The notes under the pieces: model-generated
The model's database searches: none
Told to the model about the DNA's origin: nothing
The model's input: only the letters and a program-made list of their open reading frames with translations
Virus record (IMG/VR): IMGVR_UViG_3300046524_000154
Length of the DNA: 64,000 bases
Reading direction: 5' to 3' (one strand)
Source: an uncultured virus (IMG/VR IMGVR_UViG_3300046524_000154)
Taxonomy: Duplodnaviria > Heunggongvirae > Uroviricota > Caudoviricetes
Position numbers and translations under genes: made by a program
Shown: positions 52,694 through 61,699 of the stretch, one piece after another
How the letters are laid out: the number at the start of each line of letters is the position of its first letter
Numbering within the stretch: position 1 is the first letter of the stretch

Positions 52694-55174
52694 TTAGAGT
52701 TCCGCCGTGTTCTGAATGTTGGCACTCACGCTGCCGACCGTTGACTGCGCCGTGTAGCACACGGAAACACCTACTAACGATGCAGCCTGGAATGAGTTGA
52801 AGGTGCCCGCCGACGTCGATCCTGTGTACACAGCGTTGACAATCACGTTCGTGGGCTGCGCGCGCATAGTGACCGGGTACGTCACCGTCATGGAGCTGAT
52901 ATTAGTGGACGCCTGCAGCGCTACGTCCACGCGGTAGCTCACCGTGTTGTAGTAGCGCTGGCAGAACGCCACTTCCTGCTCGACGCTGCGGCGCTCGAAC
53001 GGCGTCGCAATGGGTCCAGCCTCAAGCTGCAGCTCCGTGAGCGAGATAGCCGCGCCAGCCGTGGTGGCCCACGAGAGCGCACCTGCCGCCGAAATGAAGT
53101 TGCCAGCCTGCCATGCGTTGAGTGTGCTGGTCTGGAACGTGCCGGTGTTGCATGCGCCAATCCAAAGCACCAGCCCGGTCGCGGTGCTGCACGGCATGCT
53201 CGCGCCAGCGGGGATGGCTGGAACAAGGATAGTGAACAACTGAGGCACGCTCGCGGTGGCAACCGTAATCGTCGTGACGTAACTGAACGTGCTGCCGCCA
53301 TCAATCAACGAAACCGAGTACGTGCCCGCGTTATTCGCCTGAAAGATGAAGCTGATGGCGACCGGCTGCCCAACGAGGTCGTAGACGTTGTAGCCCTCGA
53401 AGCGGTAGTTGATCCCGGCCCAAAAGTTCGTGCCGGCGATGTTGGTCGCCGCGACGGTCGCAACCTGAAGCACGGCAGGTCGAACGACTCCGTTGTACGT
53501 GAGGGTCGCAGCGGATTGAGTGATCGTGCCGCCCGCGCTGCTGTTCGACACCCGGAAACGGTCAGGACCGCCGTAACCGTTCAGGGTGGAGGTCGCAACA
53601 AAAGAGCCTCGCTGCTGAACACGGCAGCAGCCATTGATGACTCGGTTCTTGCCCACCAGCGATGACGGGTTGACAGCCGACCAGTTTGCTTCCTGCGACC
53701 ACAATGAGGGCGTCGAGCCTTGCTCGATCTTGATGCGGCGGAACGCCAGGCCACCTGCAGAGACTGCGGTCGAGCCCCCGGCGATGCCGATCAAGCATTG
53801 TGCGGTAACTGCGCCAGCCGGCGCTGCGCCAGTCAGAGATCCGTACACGTAGTTGGCGACGCCGATCGGCATGGACACCGCAGACGACAGCCCGACAGAA
53901 ACACCGGCCGCGTTGAAGAACTGCAGCTGGATGAGCGGCGTGCCCGCTGTTACGCCGCCTGTGTACGTCTCGCCCGAAATCGAGTAAGTCGCACCCGCCG
54001 CGAGCGGGAACTGCCCAGACTGCATATTGCCCGCAGCGTTGAGCGCCGCGTTGTTGGTGAAGTTCGGGCCTTGCCCAGACGGCCCAAAACCGGCCGACAG
54101 CGCGGTACCCGTCCACCCAGTCAAGGCAAACTCGGCGGAGCTGTTGTACAGTAGGTTCGGGCTGTTGACCGCAACCACCTTCCCGGCGAACGAGCCCGAG
54201 CCCCCACCGACCTTGCCGGTGAACGAGCCGTCGCCGCCCACCTGCAGCGCGCTCACGCCGTCGTCCGTCTGGATATTGATGCGCTGACGGCTGAGAGCCT
54301 CGACCGCCGTGCCCATGAACACGTCAATCAGCGTGGCCGACTTGCCGACCAGCACGACCCACTCGCCAGGCATCAGCGTGAACGAGGTGATCGAGTTGGT
54401 GTTCGAGCCGACGCCAAAGAACGCGCTGGTATCAGCCGTTGCGCGCGCGACCGTCAGCAGACCCGTGCCCGCGTTCCAGATCGTGACCGTGCGACCGTTG
54501 ACAATCGTGTTGGCCGTCGGCGCGTTGAGCGTGCCCGCGCTGCCTTTGGTCCAACGGATCGCCTTACCTGTGTAGGTCGAATCGAGCGCCGTGTTGACCG
54601 CGATGTCCGCGTCGGAGCTGAACGCGAACCCGGCAGCGGACGACGCGGAACTCGCGGCGGCTGTGGCGCTTGCTGCAGCGTTCGTCTCAGACGTGCCCGC
54701 AGCTGCTGCCGAACCCGCAGCTGCGCCTGCACTGGTGCCTGCTGCCGTGGCCGAGCCCGCCGCTGCCGTGGCACTGCCTGCAGCGTTGCCTGCCTGCGTC
54801 GTGGCTGTGCCCGCTGCAGTCGATGCGGTGCCCGCAGACGTGCCCGCTGCCGTGGCCGACCCCGCCGCCGCTGTAGCGCTCCCGGAGGCTGCCGTCGCCG
54901 ATCCTGCGGCTGCCGTGGCCGAGCCTGCCGCTGCCCCTTGGCTCGTAGATGCCGCACTGGCGCTGCCTGCTGCTGCGCTCGCGCTGCCTGCCGCCGCCGT
55001 GGCCGAGCCCGCCGCCGCAGTCTTGCTGTTGTCGGCCGCGCCCGCGCTCGTTGCAGCTGCAGCTGCGCTGGTCGCTGCCGCCGCAGCTGCGGTAGCAGCA
55101 GTCTGAGCGGCGGCGCCACTCGCGTCGGTCGCAACCTCGAAGACTGTCTGTTCGATAACCAGTTCGTAACTCAT
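52694..55174 (-). CDS. side tail fibre protein
   Basis: Stf-like SATAAAG heptad repeats, CBM-like NLL.NS domain, KNR.ING...QR and QLE.G..ATPFERR....E...CQRYY modules. Confidence 0.88.
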   Translation of the reverse strand: MSYELVIEQTVFEVATDASGAAAQTAATAAAAAATSAAAAATSAGAADNSKTAAAGSATAAAGSASAAAGSASAASTSQGAAAGSATAAAGSATAASGSATAAAGSATAAGTSAGTASTAAGTATTQAGNAAGSATAAAGSATAAGTSAGAAAGSAAAAGTSETNAAASATAAASSASSAAGFAFSSDADIAVNTALDSTYTGKAIRWTKGSAGTLNAPTANTIVNGRTVTIWNAGTGLLTVARATADTSAFFGVGSNTNSITSFTLMPGEWVVLVGKSATLIDVFMGTAVEALSRQRINIQTDDGVSALQVGGDGSFTGKVGGGSGSFAGKVVAVNSPNLLYNSSAEFALTGWTGTALSAGFGPSGQGPNFTNNAALNAAGNMQSGQFPLAAGATYSISGETYTGGVTAGTPLIQLQFFNAAGVSVGLSSAVSMPIGVANYVYGSLTGAAPAGAVTAQCLIGIAGGSTAVSAGGLAFRRIKIEQGSTPSLWSQEANWSAVNPSSLVGKNRVINGCCRVQQRGSFVATSTLNGYGGPDRFRVSNSSAGGTITQSAATLTYNGVVRPAVLQVATVAATNIAGTNFWAGINYRFEGYNVYDLVGQPVAISFIFQANNAGTYSVSLIDGGSTFSYVTTITVATASVPQLFTILVPAIPAGASMPCSTATGLVLWIGACNTGTFQTSTLNAWQAGNFISAAGALSWATTAGAAISLTELQLEAGPIATPFERRSVEQEVAFCQRYYNTVSYRVDVALQASTNISSMTVTYPVTMRAQPTNVIVNAVYTGSTSAGTFNSFQAASLVGVSVCYTAQSTVGSVSANIQNTAEL
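54655..55110 (-). repeat. Ala/Ser/Thr/Gly heptad coding repeats (SATAAAG)n
   Basis: Repeated GCCGTGGCCGA-type 21-nt units in the fibre N-terminus. Confidence 0.8.
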
Positions 55175-55587
55175 GGAGCCCTCGTGACGCTCGGTGATAC
55201 ATACACATTGCCGCCGACGATCGGCATAACCTTGCCGCTGGGCGGGTACAGCCTCACGTCATAGACGCCGACCTTCGTGTACGGTCGGCCGTTGATTTTT
55301 TGCCACACCGGCGTGGGTGATGGAGCGCCGGCCGGGATCATCGCAGCGGTCATGGTCGCGGGCAGGTTCCACTGGATCGTGCCGAGCACGCCACCGAGCG
55401 TGACACCGCCGTTGGCGATCGTCAGATCCGCGAGGATCGCTGATGCGTAGTACGTCGAACGAATCTGGATGTGCGCGGTCCAGCCGGTGAGATCCACCGG
55501 GTCTTGGGAGCCGGGCCACCTGAACTGCCACAGCGGTGTGAAGTCCTCTCCCTGCTCCAGCTTCAGGTCATAAACGGCTGCGGTCAT
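55171..55587 (-). CDS. tail fibre adaptor/attachment protein
   Basis: L.LEQG.DF...PVDLTG.TA..QIR...YD...G.V..SP.VT pattern. Confidence 0.7.
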   Translation of the reverse strand: MTAAVYDLKLEQGEDFTPLWQFRWPGSQDPVDLTGWTAHIQIRSTYYASAILADLTIANGGVTLGGVLGTIQWNLPATMTAAMIPAGAPSPTPVWQKINGRPYTKVGVYDVRLYPPSGKVMPIVGGNVYVSPSVTRAP

Positions 55588-55778
55588 TTGGCGTCCTTTT
55601 TCACAAAGCGCGCCTTCACGGCCTTGACCTGCGCGCACACCGCGATCGCATCAGGCGGCGGGAGCTTCTGAGCCAGAAGCGCGTCGACGATTTTCCACAG
55701 CGCATCCAGCTGGTCACCCTGGCTAGGGTAGGCAGCTGCGCGCAGCGGTCGCGGGTCGGGGTTGTGAGTGATCTTCAA
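55584..55778 (-). CDS. small tail-associated protein
   Basis: LRAAAYP..GDQLDALWK...VKARF motif. Confidence 0.7.
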   Translation of the reverse strand: MKITHNPDPRPLRAAAYPSQGDQLDALWKIVDALLAQKLPPPDAIAVCAQVKAVKARFVKKDAK

Positions 55779-56218
55779 GGTTCAGTTACCGTAAAAGTCG
55801 CATCCAGCATCGGCCATGAGGACACCTGAATAACGTACGTGCCCGGCTGGGTGAATTCCAGATCCACCTCGCCGTCGGTGACCGTGGCCGGTTCGCCGCC
55901 GTCGATTGTAATCGTGGACGGGTTCGGCACGTTAGAGATTTTCATACCAGTCAGGACAGCTGAATTATCCGGGCGTGCCTTCACAGTCCACGGCGTGGTC
56001 GACTGGTCCGCATAGTCCTGCGCCAGATCCGCACCTTCCGGCAGCTCCAGCACGTGGCCCCCGGCCGGCGCAGCTGCGTCCTGCGAGGCCAGCATCCAGC
56101 GGGGCATCATCCCGGTCTGGTGCAGCCGCCCGTCGCTGCTGACGAACACGTAGTGGACCTGCGTCTGGTCGCGGCCATCGGTATCGATCACGGTCGGATC
56201 GCGTGGAATGTCGCTCAT
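55775..56218 (-). CDS. hypothetical tail protein
   Basis: Coupled ORF downstream of J. Confidence 0.7.
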   Translation of the reverse strand: MSDIPRDPTVIDTDGRDQTQVHYVFVSSDGRLHQTGMMPRWMLASQDAAAPAGGHVLELPEGADLAQDYADQSTTPWTVKARPDNSAVLTGMKISNVPNPSTITIDGGEPATVTDGEVDLEFTQPGTYVIQVSSWPMLDATFTVTEP

Positions 56219-59200
56219 CGTTTGGACTCGAAAATAGTAAGGGTCGCGTTGCCGCCCAGCGCTGCAAAACCGTTCGCGTCAAAGAGTGCGGTGACCGGGC
56301 CGATGCTGCCTGACCAGATAATCGTGATGGTCACGAACCCAGAGCCGTAGGTATTGCTACCGCCAGCGAGCTGACCGCCGTTGAGGTTTATCTGGCAGCC
56401 GGCGCCGCCGTTCACCGGGCCAGAAGCGATCGCCATGATCTGGCCGCCGCCTGACGTGTAGTTGATCGCGCAGCCGGTCGTGCCCGAGGCGGTGACCATC
56501 GAGCTGACCGCGTTCGGGCCGATGCGCAGCGTGTCGATCTGCGCCGTCTGGATGTGCGCCGTGACGATCTGCGCGTTCGCGATGTGCGCGCTGACGATCT
56601 GCGCGTTCGCGATCAGCGCGCTCGTGATCGAGGCGTTCTGGATCTGCGCGGTACCGATGGCTGCGATCGCGATCTTCGCGTTCGTCACCGACAGCGACGC
56701 GAGATCGAGCGTGCCAGCCTGCAGCGGTACCGCCGACGTGCCGACGTTGCTGTTCCACGGGCCGATGTTCAGGCTCGTGCTGACCGCGCGCACCCAGAAG
56801 TAATAGGTTGTGCCCGACTGCAGGCCGCCGACCGACCAGCTCGTCGAGCCGATCTTGTCGCCCACTACGCCGGCCGTCGCGATGTTGTTCGTGACCGACA
56901 TCCCCACCTGGAAGTAGGCGAGGTCGAGGCTGTTCGGCGCAGCCCAGTTCAGGTTCACTGCCTTGAAGTCGGCGGTCGCGGTCAGGCTCGTCGGCGCTCC
57001 GGGGATCGCGCTGATGCCGTGGATGGTGTACGTCTCACCCAGGCCGTCGCTCAGCGTGCCGTCCGAGCTGATGCCGTAGACCACGAAGTCGTAGATGTCG
57101 CCCTTCGTGACGCCGTCGATCTCGTAGCCCGGCGTGCGCGTCGTGTCGCTCACCCAGATGCCGCCGTTCACGCGCCACTGGATCATGAAGTGGGTCGTGT
57201 TGCCAGACCAGCTCATGATGATCTTCGAGCCCACCGTGCCCGGCGCCGCGATGAAGGTGGTCTCAGTCAGCGACCAGTTCGTCGGCAGCGTCGCAGCGAG
57301 GCCGCCGCCATAGCCGATCGGCGGCAGCTGCAGCTTCGTGTTGAAGTCGATCGCGCTGTACTTGCTGGCGTTGTACGTGATCGCCATCACGTCGAACACA
57401 TTGCGCGACGTCTCCTTCACGTTCAGCACGCGGAAGGTCTGCGGCACGAGGTTCGAGCCCGTCAGCACCCACATGAACGGCGCCTGCGGGATGTGCGCCT
57501 GCGCGCTGACGAAGAACAACGTCGGCGTCGTATTCGCCGTGTTGATCACCGGCGCGGTGTAGCTGTTTCCCACGCCGTCGTAATAGATGATCGAGTAGGA
57601 CTGGCCCGGATCGAGCACCACCGGAGAGTCGAGCGTGATCGAGTTGGCGTCACCCGACATGATCCGGCCGCCGATCCGCTTCGAGCTGCGCGTCGGGTCG
57701 GCGACGTAGATGATCTCGCCCGGCACCATCGTCGAGGCGTCCATCCCAGCCTGGAAGGTGATCTGGTCGGTGTCGCTCAGCTCCGAGATCAGCGCCCACT
57801 GGCCGAGCCGGTGAGCCTGCCCGCGCGAGCTGCAGCCCACCGCGAGGATTTCGGTCGTGCGTACGCCGAAGCGTGCCAGCGCGTCTGCGTTCTCGACGTA
57901 CTCAACGTTCTGCTGGTATTGCTGAGCCGGATCGTTCCAGCGCACGAGCGCGACGCTGTGGCGGTCTTTCAGGGCGGTACCTTGGTACGAGAACTTGCCG
58001 CCGATCACGTTCGCGCGGCTGAACATCTTGCTCGGCGTACGGGGCGCGTCCTGCGTGACCATGATGTTGCCGGCTGCCCAGTACGTCATGCCCCGGAAAA
58101 TAGAGCACATGTCCTGGATACACTGGTACGCCTCCTTTTGCGAGCTTAGTACCAGGTTGCAGGTAAATCGCGGCTCCTGGCCGCCGAAGCCGTCGGGCAC
58201 CAGCTCGTCGCAGTACTGGCCGATCATGTAGAGCGACGTCTTGTCGATCGACGTGTTCTGCAGGTAGTTGCCGAGCCCGTACCGAGTGCTATTCACCAGG
58301 TCGTAGAAGCACCACGCAGGGTTGTTCGAGTACGCGAGCTTGAAACTCCCATCCCACGCGCCGCTGTACGTGCGCAGATCCGGGTCGTAGTTGCTCGGCA
58401 CGCGGATAATCATGCCGTCTACGAGGAAGCTGCGCGCCGGCACGCTGGAGAACTGCCGCGCGTCGAGGTTCAGTCCGACGAGCGCGCTATTCGGATACCG
58501 CAGCCGCTGATCGACGACCGTCGTGACGCCGTCCAGAAACGTGTTGTTCGCGAGTGCTGAGCTGGTCGAGTCGGCGGTCAGCCGGCGCATACGCACGAGC
58601 CACGGGCCGGCGCCGGTCAGGTCGAAGCGGGCGCTGCGCTCGTACTTGCTGCGCGTCTTGCCCGTGATCGTCATCTGCAGCGCTTGAATCCACGTGCTGG
58701 TGCCGCTCGGCTGGTATTCGAACACCACGTCAACGGTTGAGCCATGCACGTCGCCGGTGGACGTATCCGCGCTATACAGCGCATCGACCGCAGCCGTCAT
58801 CACAACCGCGTTGGCTTCCGTGTTCGAGATCGCCGCTTGGACAGGAATGCCAAACTTCACTTGCGTGCCGAGCGTCACCGTCGAGAACACCGAGCCGAAT
58901 CCCGGAACCACGTCCTGCGACTGCGTGCCGTTCACCCACGCGGCGGTGTAGCCGTTGAAGTTCGGGAAGCCGTTGCTGGTGACCGAGACGTTGTCCAGAA
59001 AGATCGAGTCGGTCTGCGCGCCGGTGTCGCCGGTGATCGCGTTGTTCAGGCCGCCAGGCACGAGCCCTTTGATTTCCCCCTCGCAAAGCAGGTCGAGGAA
59101 GTTGACGAAGGCGACCGACTGCAGCGAGTCTGGATCCTCGACAGGCTGGTTGGCCGAGCCGCCGCCAGCCTTGCCGCCGCCCGCGCCGCGCGGAGCGTCA

Positions 59201-59280
59201 GGAATGCGCGCGATGACGCGGCGCGGGGGGCGCGGCGGCAGGTAACCGCCCTTCAGCGGGAAAGGTACGAGTTCGTTCAA
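56215..59280 (-). CDS. central tail fibre / tip attachment protein J
   Basis: EGEI.GL, YPNSAL, W.G.FK.AYSNNPAW, YCDELVPDG.GG.EPRF.CN, FnIII domains. Confidence 0.95.
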   Translation of the reverse strand: MNELVPFPLKGGYLPPRPPRRVIARIPDAPRGAGGGKAGGGSANQPVEDPDSLQSVAFVNFLDLLCEGEIKGLVPGGLNNAITGDTGAQTDSIFLDNVSVTSNGFPNFNGYTAAWVNGTQSQDVVPGFGSVFSTVTLGTQVKFGIPVQAAISNTEANAVVMTAAVDALYSADTSTGDVHGSTVDVVFEYQPSGTSTWIQALQMTITGKTRSKYERSARFDLTGAGPWLVRMRRLTADSTSSALANNTFLDGVTTVVDQRLRYPNSALVGLNLDARQFSSVPARSFLVDGMIIRVPSNYDPDLRTYSGAWDGSFKLAYSNNPAWCFYDLVNSTRYGLGNYLQNTSIDKTSLYMIGQYCDELVPDGFGGQEPRFTCNLVLSSQKEAYQCIQDMCSIFRGMTYWAAGNIMVTQDAPRTPSKMFSRANVIGGKFSYQGTALKDRHSVALVRWNDPAQQYQQNVEYVENADALARFGVRTTEILAVGCSSRGQAHRLGQWALISELSDTDQITFQAGMDASTMVPGEIIYVADPTRSSKRIGGRIMSGDANSITLDSPVVLDPGQSYSIIYYDGVGNSYTAPVINTANTTPTLFFVSAQAHIPQAPFMWVLTGSNLVPQTFRVLNVKETSRNVFDVMAITYNASKYSAIDFNTKLQLPPIGYGGGLAATLPTNWSLTETTFIAAPGTVGSKIIMSWSGNTTHFMIQWRVNGGIWVSDTTRTPGYEIDGVTKGDIYDFVVYGISSDGTLSDGLGETYTIHGISAIPGAPTSLTATADFKAVNLNWAAPNSLDLAYFQVGMSVTNNIATAGVVGDKIGSTSWSVGGLQSGTTYYFWVRAVSTSLNIGPWNSNVGTSAVPLQAGTLDLASLSVTNAKIAIAAIGTAQIQNASITSALIANAQIVSAHIANAQIVTAHIQTAQIDTLRIGPNAVSSMVTASGTTGCAINYTSGGGQIMAIASGPVNGGAGCQINLNGGQLAGGSNTYGSGFVTITIIWSGSIGPVTALFDANGFAALGGNATLTIFESKR

Positions 59281-59909
59281 GTCAGGTTCCCCGTTTCAGC
59301 CGGCGCGCTCACGAGATCCACAGCCTGCATGCTGGCCGAGATCGCGGTCGAGCCGATCAGTGCGCGGCCATACACCACCGGCACGGGCAAGCCCTGCTGC
59401 TGCGTGTTGACCGGGCCGTTGAAATAGAACGAAGTCAGCGAGTCGTTCGACGCGCCTGTGGCCTTCGGAATGGTCGTCAGGAGTGATGTGATGCCGCCGA
59501 GCAACAGGCCCGCGCCGGCAGCGCCGAGCAGTGGTGTGAGGGCCGGGTACAGCTCGTACTGCTGGAATACCGTCGCAACCGCGATCAGGATCACGCCGGC
59601 CACAGCTTCGAGAATGCCGCCCACGCCTTTCTCGCCTTCCACGATCGCGGCGAAAAAAAGCCGCTGGCCGCCGATCGGCAGGTTCAGCTCGGTCGCGCCT
59701 ATGCTGCGCGAGTCGTCAACCACGAACTGATAATCCACGCCGGCCGCAGCGCCGTCGATCAGATCCTGCTTGAACTGCGGGTAGTTCATCATGAGCAGGC
59801 GCAGCGCTTCGACAGGGCTGTCCACGACGAGGTGATGGCTGCGACCGTACTTATCGCCCATCTCCCCGCCCAGAATGATCTCAGTCTTCGTGTTGTCGAT
59901 TTGTCTCAT
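59277..59909 (-). CDS. tail assembly protein I
   Basis: Ubiquitin-like N-terminus; SFYFNGPVNT..QG.PVPVVYG. Confidence 0.9.
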   Translation of the reverse strand: MRQIDNTKTEIILGGEMGDKYGRSHHLVVDSPVEALRLLMMNYPQFKQDLIDGAAAGVDYQFVVDDSRSIGATELNLPIGGQRLFFAAIVEGEKGVGGILEAVAGVILIAVATVFQQYELYPALTPLLGAAGAGLLLGGITSLLTTIPKATGASNDSLTSFYFNGPVNTQQQGLPVPVVYGRALIGSTAISASMQAVDLVSAPAETGNLT

Positions 59910-60649
59910 AGCTGTGACTTGTGCCGCAGGTGGTGCGTCGTGCGCTTCTGCCAGTCGCCGCCGTACACCGTTACTTCGGATAACTTACCGTATAGGTGGT
60001 GCAGGATTTTACCCTCACCGAGATACACCGCAGCATGATTTACCTTTCTGGACGCGACCTGCATAAGCAACCCGTCGCCGCGCTTCAGGTTCGCGGTCTT
60101 GACCTCCGGGTCGACGCGCTCGAACCCGTTCTTCTCGAACCCGTCGACGTAGTAGTTCGGGCCGTCCACCTTGTCCCACCACTTGTCCTCGCGGTCGTCG
60201 TCGGGCAGCTCAATGCCCATCTCGCGCTCGTACCAGTCGCGGCACAGCGCGTAGCAGTCGAGGATGCCGTGGATGAACACGCGGCCTTCGTACGGCGCCA
60301 CGTAGCCCGTCGGTTTCGTGTAGCTGTGGCCGCCTTCCGGCCAGCTGACGATGTGCCAAGGCAGGCCGGTCTTCTCCAGCCGCACGAGGTCGCCCTGGCT
60401 AGGCGCGGCCACCTCGTTCGGGTGCGTATGCCACACCTCCAGCACTTCCTCGGTCAGGAACAGCTTGGCCCACTCGGTTGCACTGATCTTGAATTGCCGG
60501 TCAGGGTCTAGCGCGATGTTCGTGCACTCGATCAGCTTCGCGCTGTCGCCGTCTTTCACGATCACGCCGCAGCGCTCCAGCGGCTTGTCTGGATGCAGCG
60601 CGGTTTCTTCCTGCGCGATCGAGATCATCTGTCGTACGAGGTCAAACAT
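59906..60649 (-). CDS. tail assembly protein K (JAB + NlpC/P60)
   Basis: E.CG, HTHP...PS..D; DCY.L..D.Y; NHAAVYLG...LHH. Confidence 0.92.
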   Translation of the reverse strand: MFDLVRQMISIAQEETALHPDKPLERCGVIVKDGDSAKLIECTNIALDPDRQFKISATEWAKLFLTEEVLEVWHTHPNEVAAPSQGDLVRLEKTGLPWHIVSWPEGGHSYTKPTGYVAPYEGRVFIHGILDCYALCRDWYEREMGIELPDDDREDKWWDKVDGPNYYVDGFEKNGFERVDPEVKTANLKRGDGLLMQVASRKVNHAAVYLGEGKILHHLYGKLSEVTVYGGDWQKRTTHHLRHKSQL

Positions 60650-61343
60650 ATTTGCGTGCTCCGGGGAAACCGCCAAAGGGGAGGTCAGGGTTGTTGCCGC
60701 GCGAGACAAATCGGCATTTGCAGCTGGACAGCCGCTTGCCGCAGATGTCCGCGCCGGGCAGCACGGGCTGGTCGTTCGCGTCGAAGTAGAAGCCGGCGAT
60801 CGGAATCCAGCTGCACTCAGCGGACTTGTAGACCCACGAGCAGCTGTTCTGGATGATCTGCCGCGACGGCAGCTGCAGGCCCGCGAGGTCGAACGAGCTG
60901 GTCAGGTCAAACGTCACGACGTCCGCTGTTTCAGCCGTCTTGCGGCCGATGAAGTAAATGTCGAGCGGGTATTCCTGCGTTGCGTTCGCCTCGGGCATGC
61001 CGTCAAGGAACTTTCTGAAGGTGCGCTTGCGCGTGACTTTAGCACCGACCATATCGTTGTACTGAATAATGGTCTGCGAGATAGATCCGTTGATGTTCGA
61101 CACGGCTAACGACGGCGTAGGCACAGTGCCTTGGCCGTTCTGCTCGTAACCGGTGATCTGCACCGGGAAGGGCGCGTATGTGATGCCCTGGAACACGATC
61201 GGCTGGCGGTAGTCGTTCGTGCCGCAATGGAAGTACTCGATCGCTGCGAGGCCGATCGGGTTCAGGTCCAGAATGAATAGCTCGATCAGCGCATCGGGCG
61301 CCAGCTTCATCATCTCGGTCGTCAGGTTGCTGGTGATCGTCAT
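60642..61343 (-). CDS. minor tail protein L
   Basis: GAKVTRKRT..KFLD, C.W.Y...EC, D.CGKRLSSC..RF, FGGFPG. Confidence 0.93.
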   Translation of the reverse strand: MTITSNLTTEMMKLAPDALIELFILDLNPIGLAAIEYFHCGTNDYRQPIVFQGITYAPFPVQITGYEQNGQGTVPTPSLAVSNINGSISQTIIQYNDMVGAKVTRKRTFRKFLDGMPEANATQEYPLDIYFIGRKTAETADVVTFDLTSSFDLAGLQLPSRQIIQNSCSWVYKSAECSWIPIAGFYFDANDQPVLPGADICGKRLSSCKCRFVSRGNNPDLPFGGFPGARKYV

Positions 61344-61345
61344 GG

Positions 61346-61699
61346 CTAGTCCGGGTCGAATTGTTGTTTGAAGTTGGCCGTGATCGTGCACCAGCCCCAG
61401 TTGGTCCACTCCTGCTTCACCTCGCCCACCGTCTTGACCTTGATCGGGTCGACCTCGTCAGGCAGCGTAAGCCAGAACCTCTTGCTGCCGCCCTGTCTTT
61501 TGAGGAACGCGTAACAATCCTCAGCATCACTCCAGCTGAGCTGGAAGGTGAGCGCTACCGTGTTGGGCGTCGAGTTGATCCCGTTCGGGATGTCCTGCGA
61601 GTAACCATCGCCGAAGTCGGCCGTCAGCAGGCTCGGCGTGAACGACTTGGCGCCCCCGTAGGCGCCAACCCACTCGAAAATTTCCAGATCAGTAGCCAT
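61346..61699 (-). CDS. minor tail protein M
   Basis: FGDGYSQ....GIN...FL...GG...F.W..P. Confidence 0.9.
   Translation of the reverse strand: MATDLEIFEWVGAYGGAKSFTPSLLTADFGDGYSQDIPNGINSTPNTVALTFQLSWSDAEDCYAFLKRQGGSKRFWLTLPDEVDPIKVKTVGEVKQEWTNWGWCTITANFKQQFDPD

Noticed and set aside
61674..61687. TCGAAAATTTCCAG as a late-region copy of the palindrome
   Set aside because: Only 11/14 match, symmetry is broken, and it lies inside a coding sequence; probably chance.
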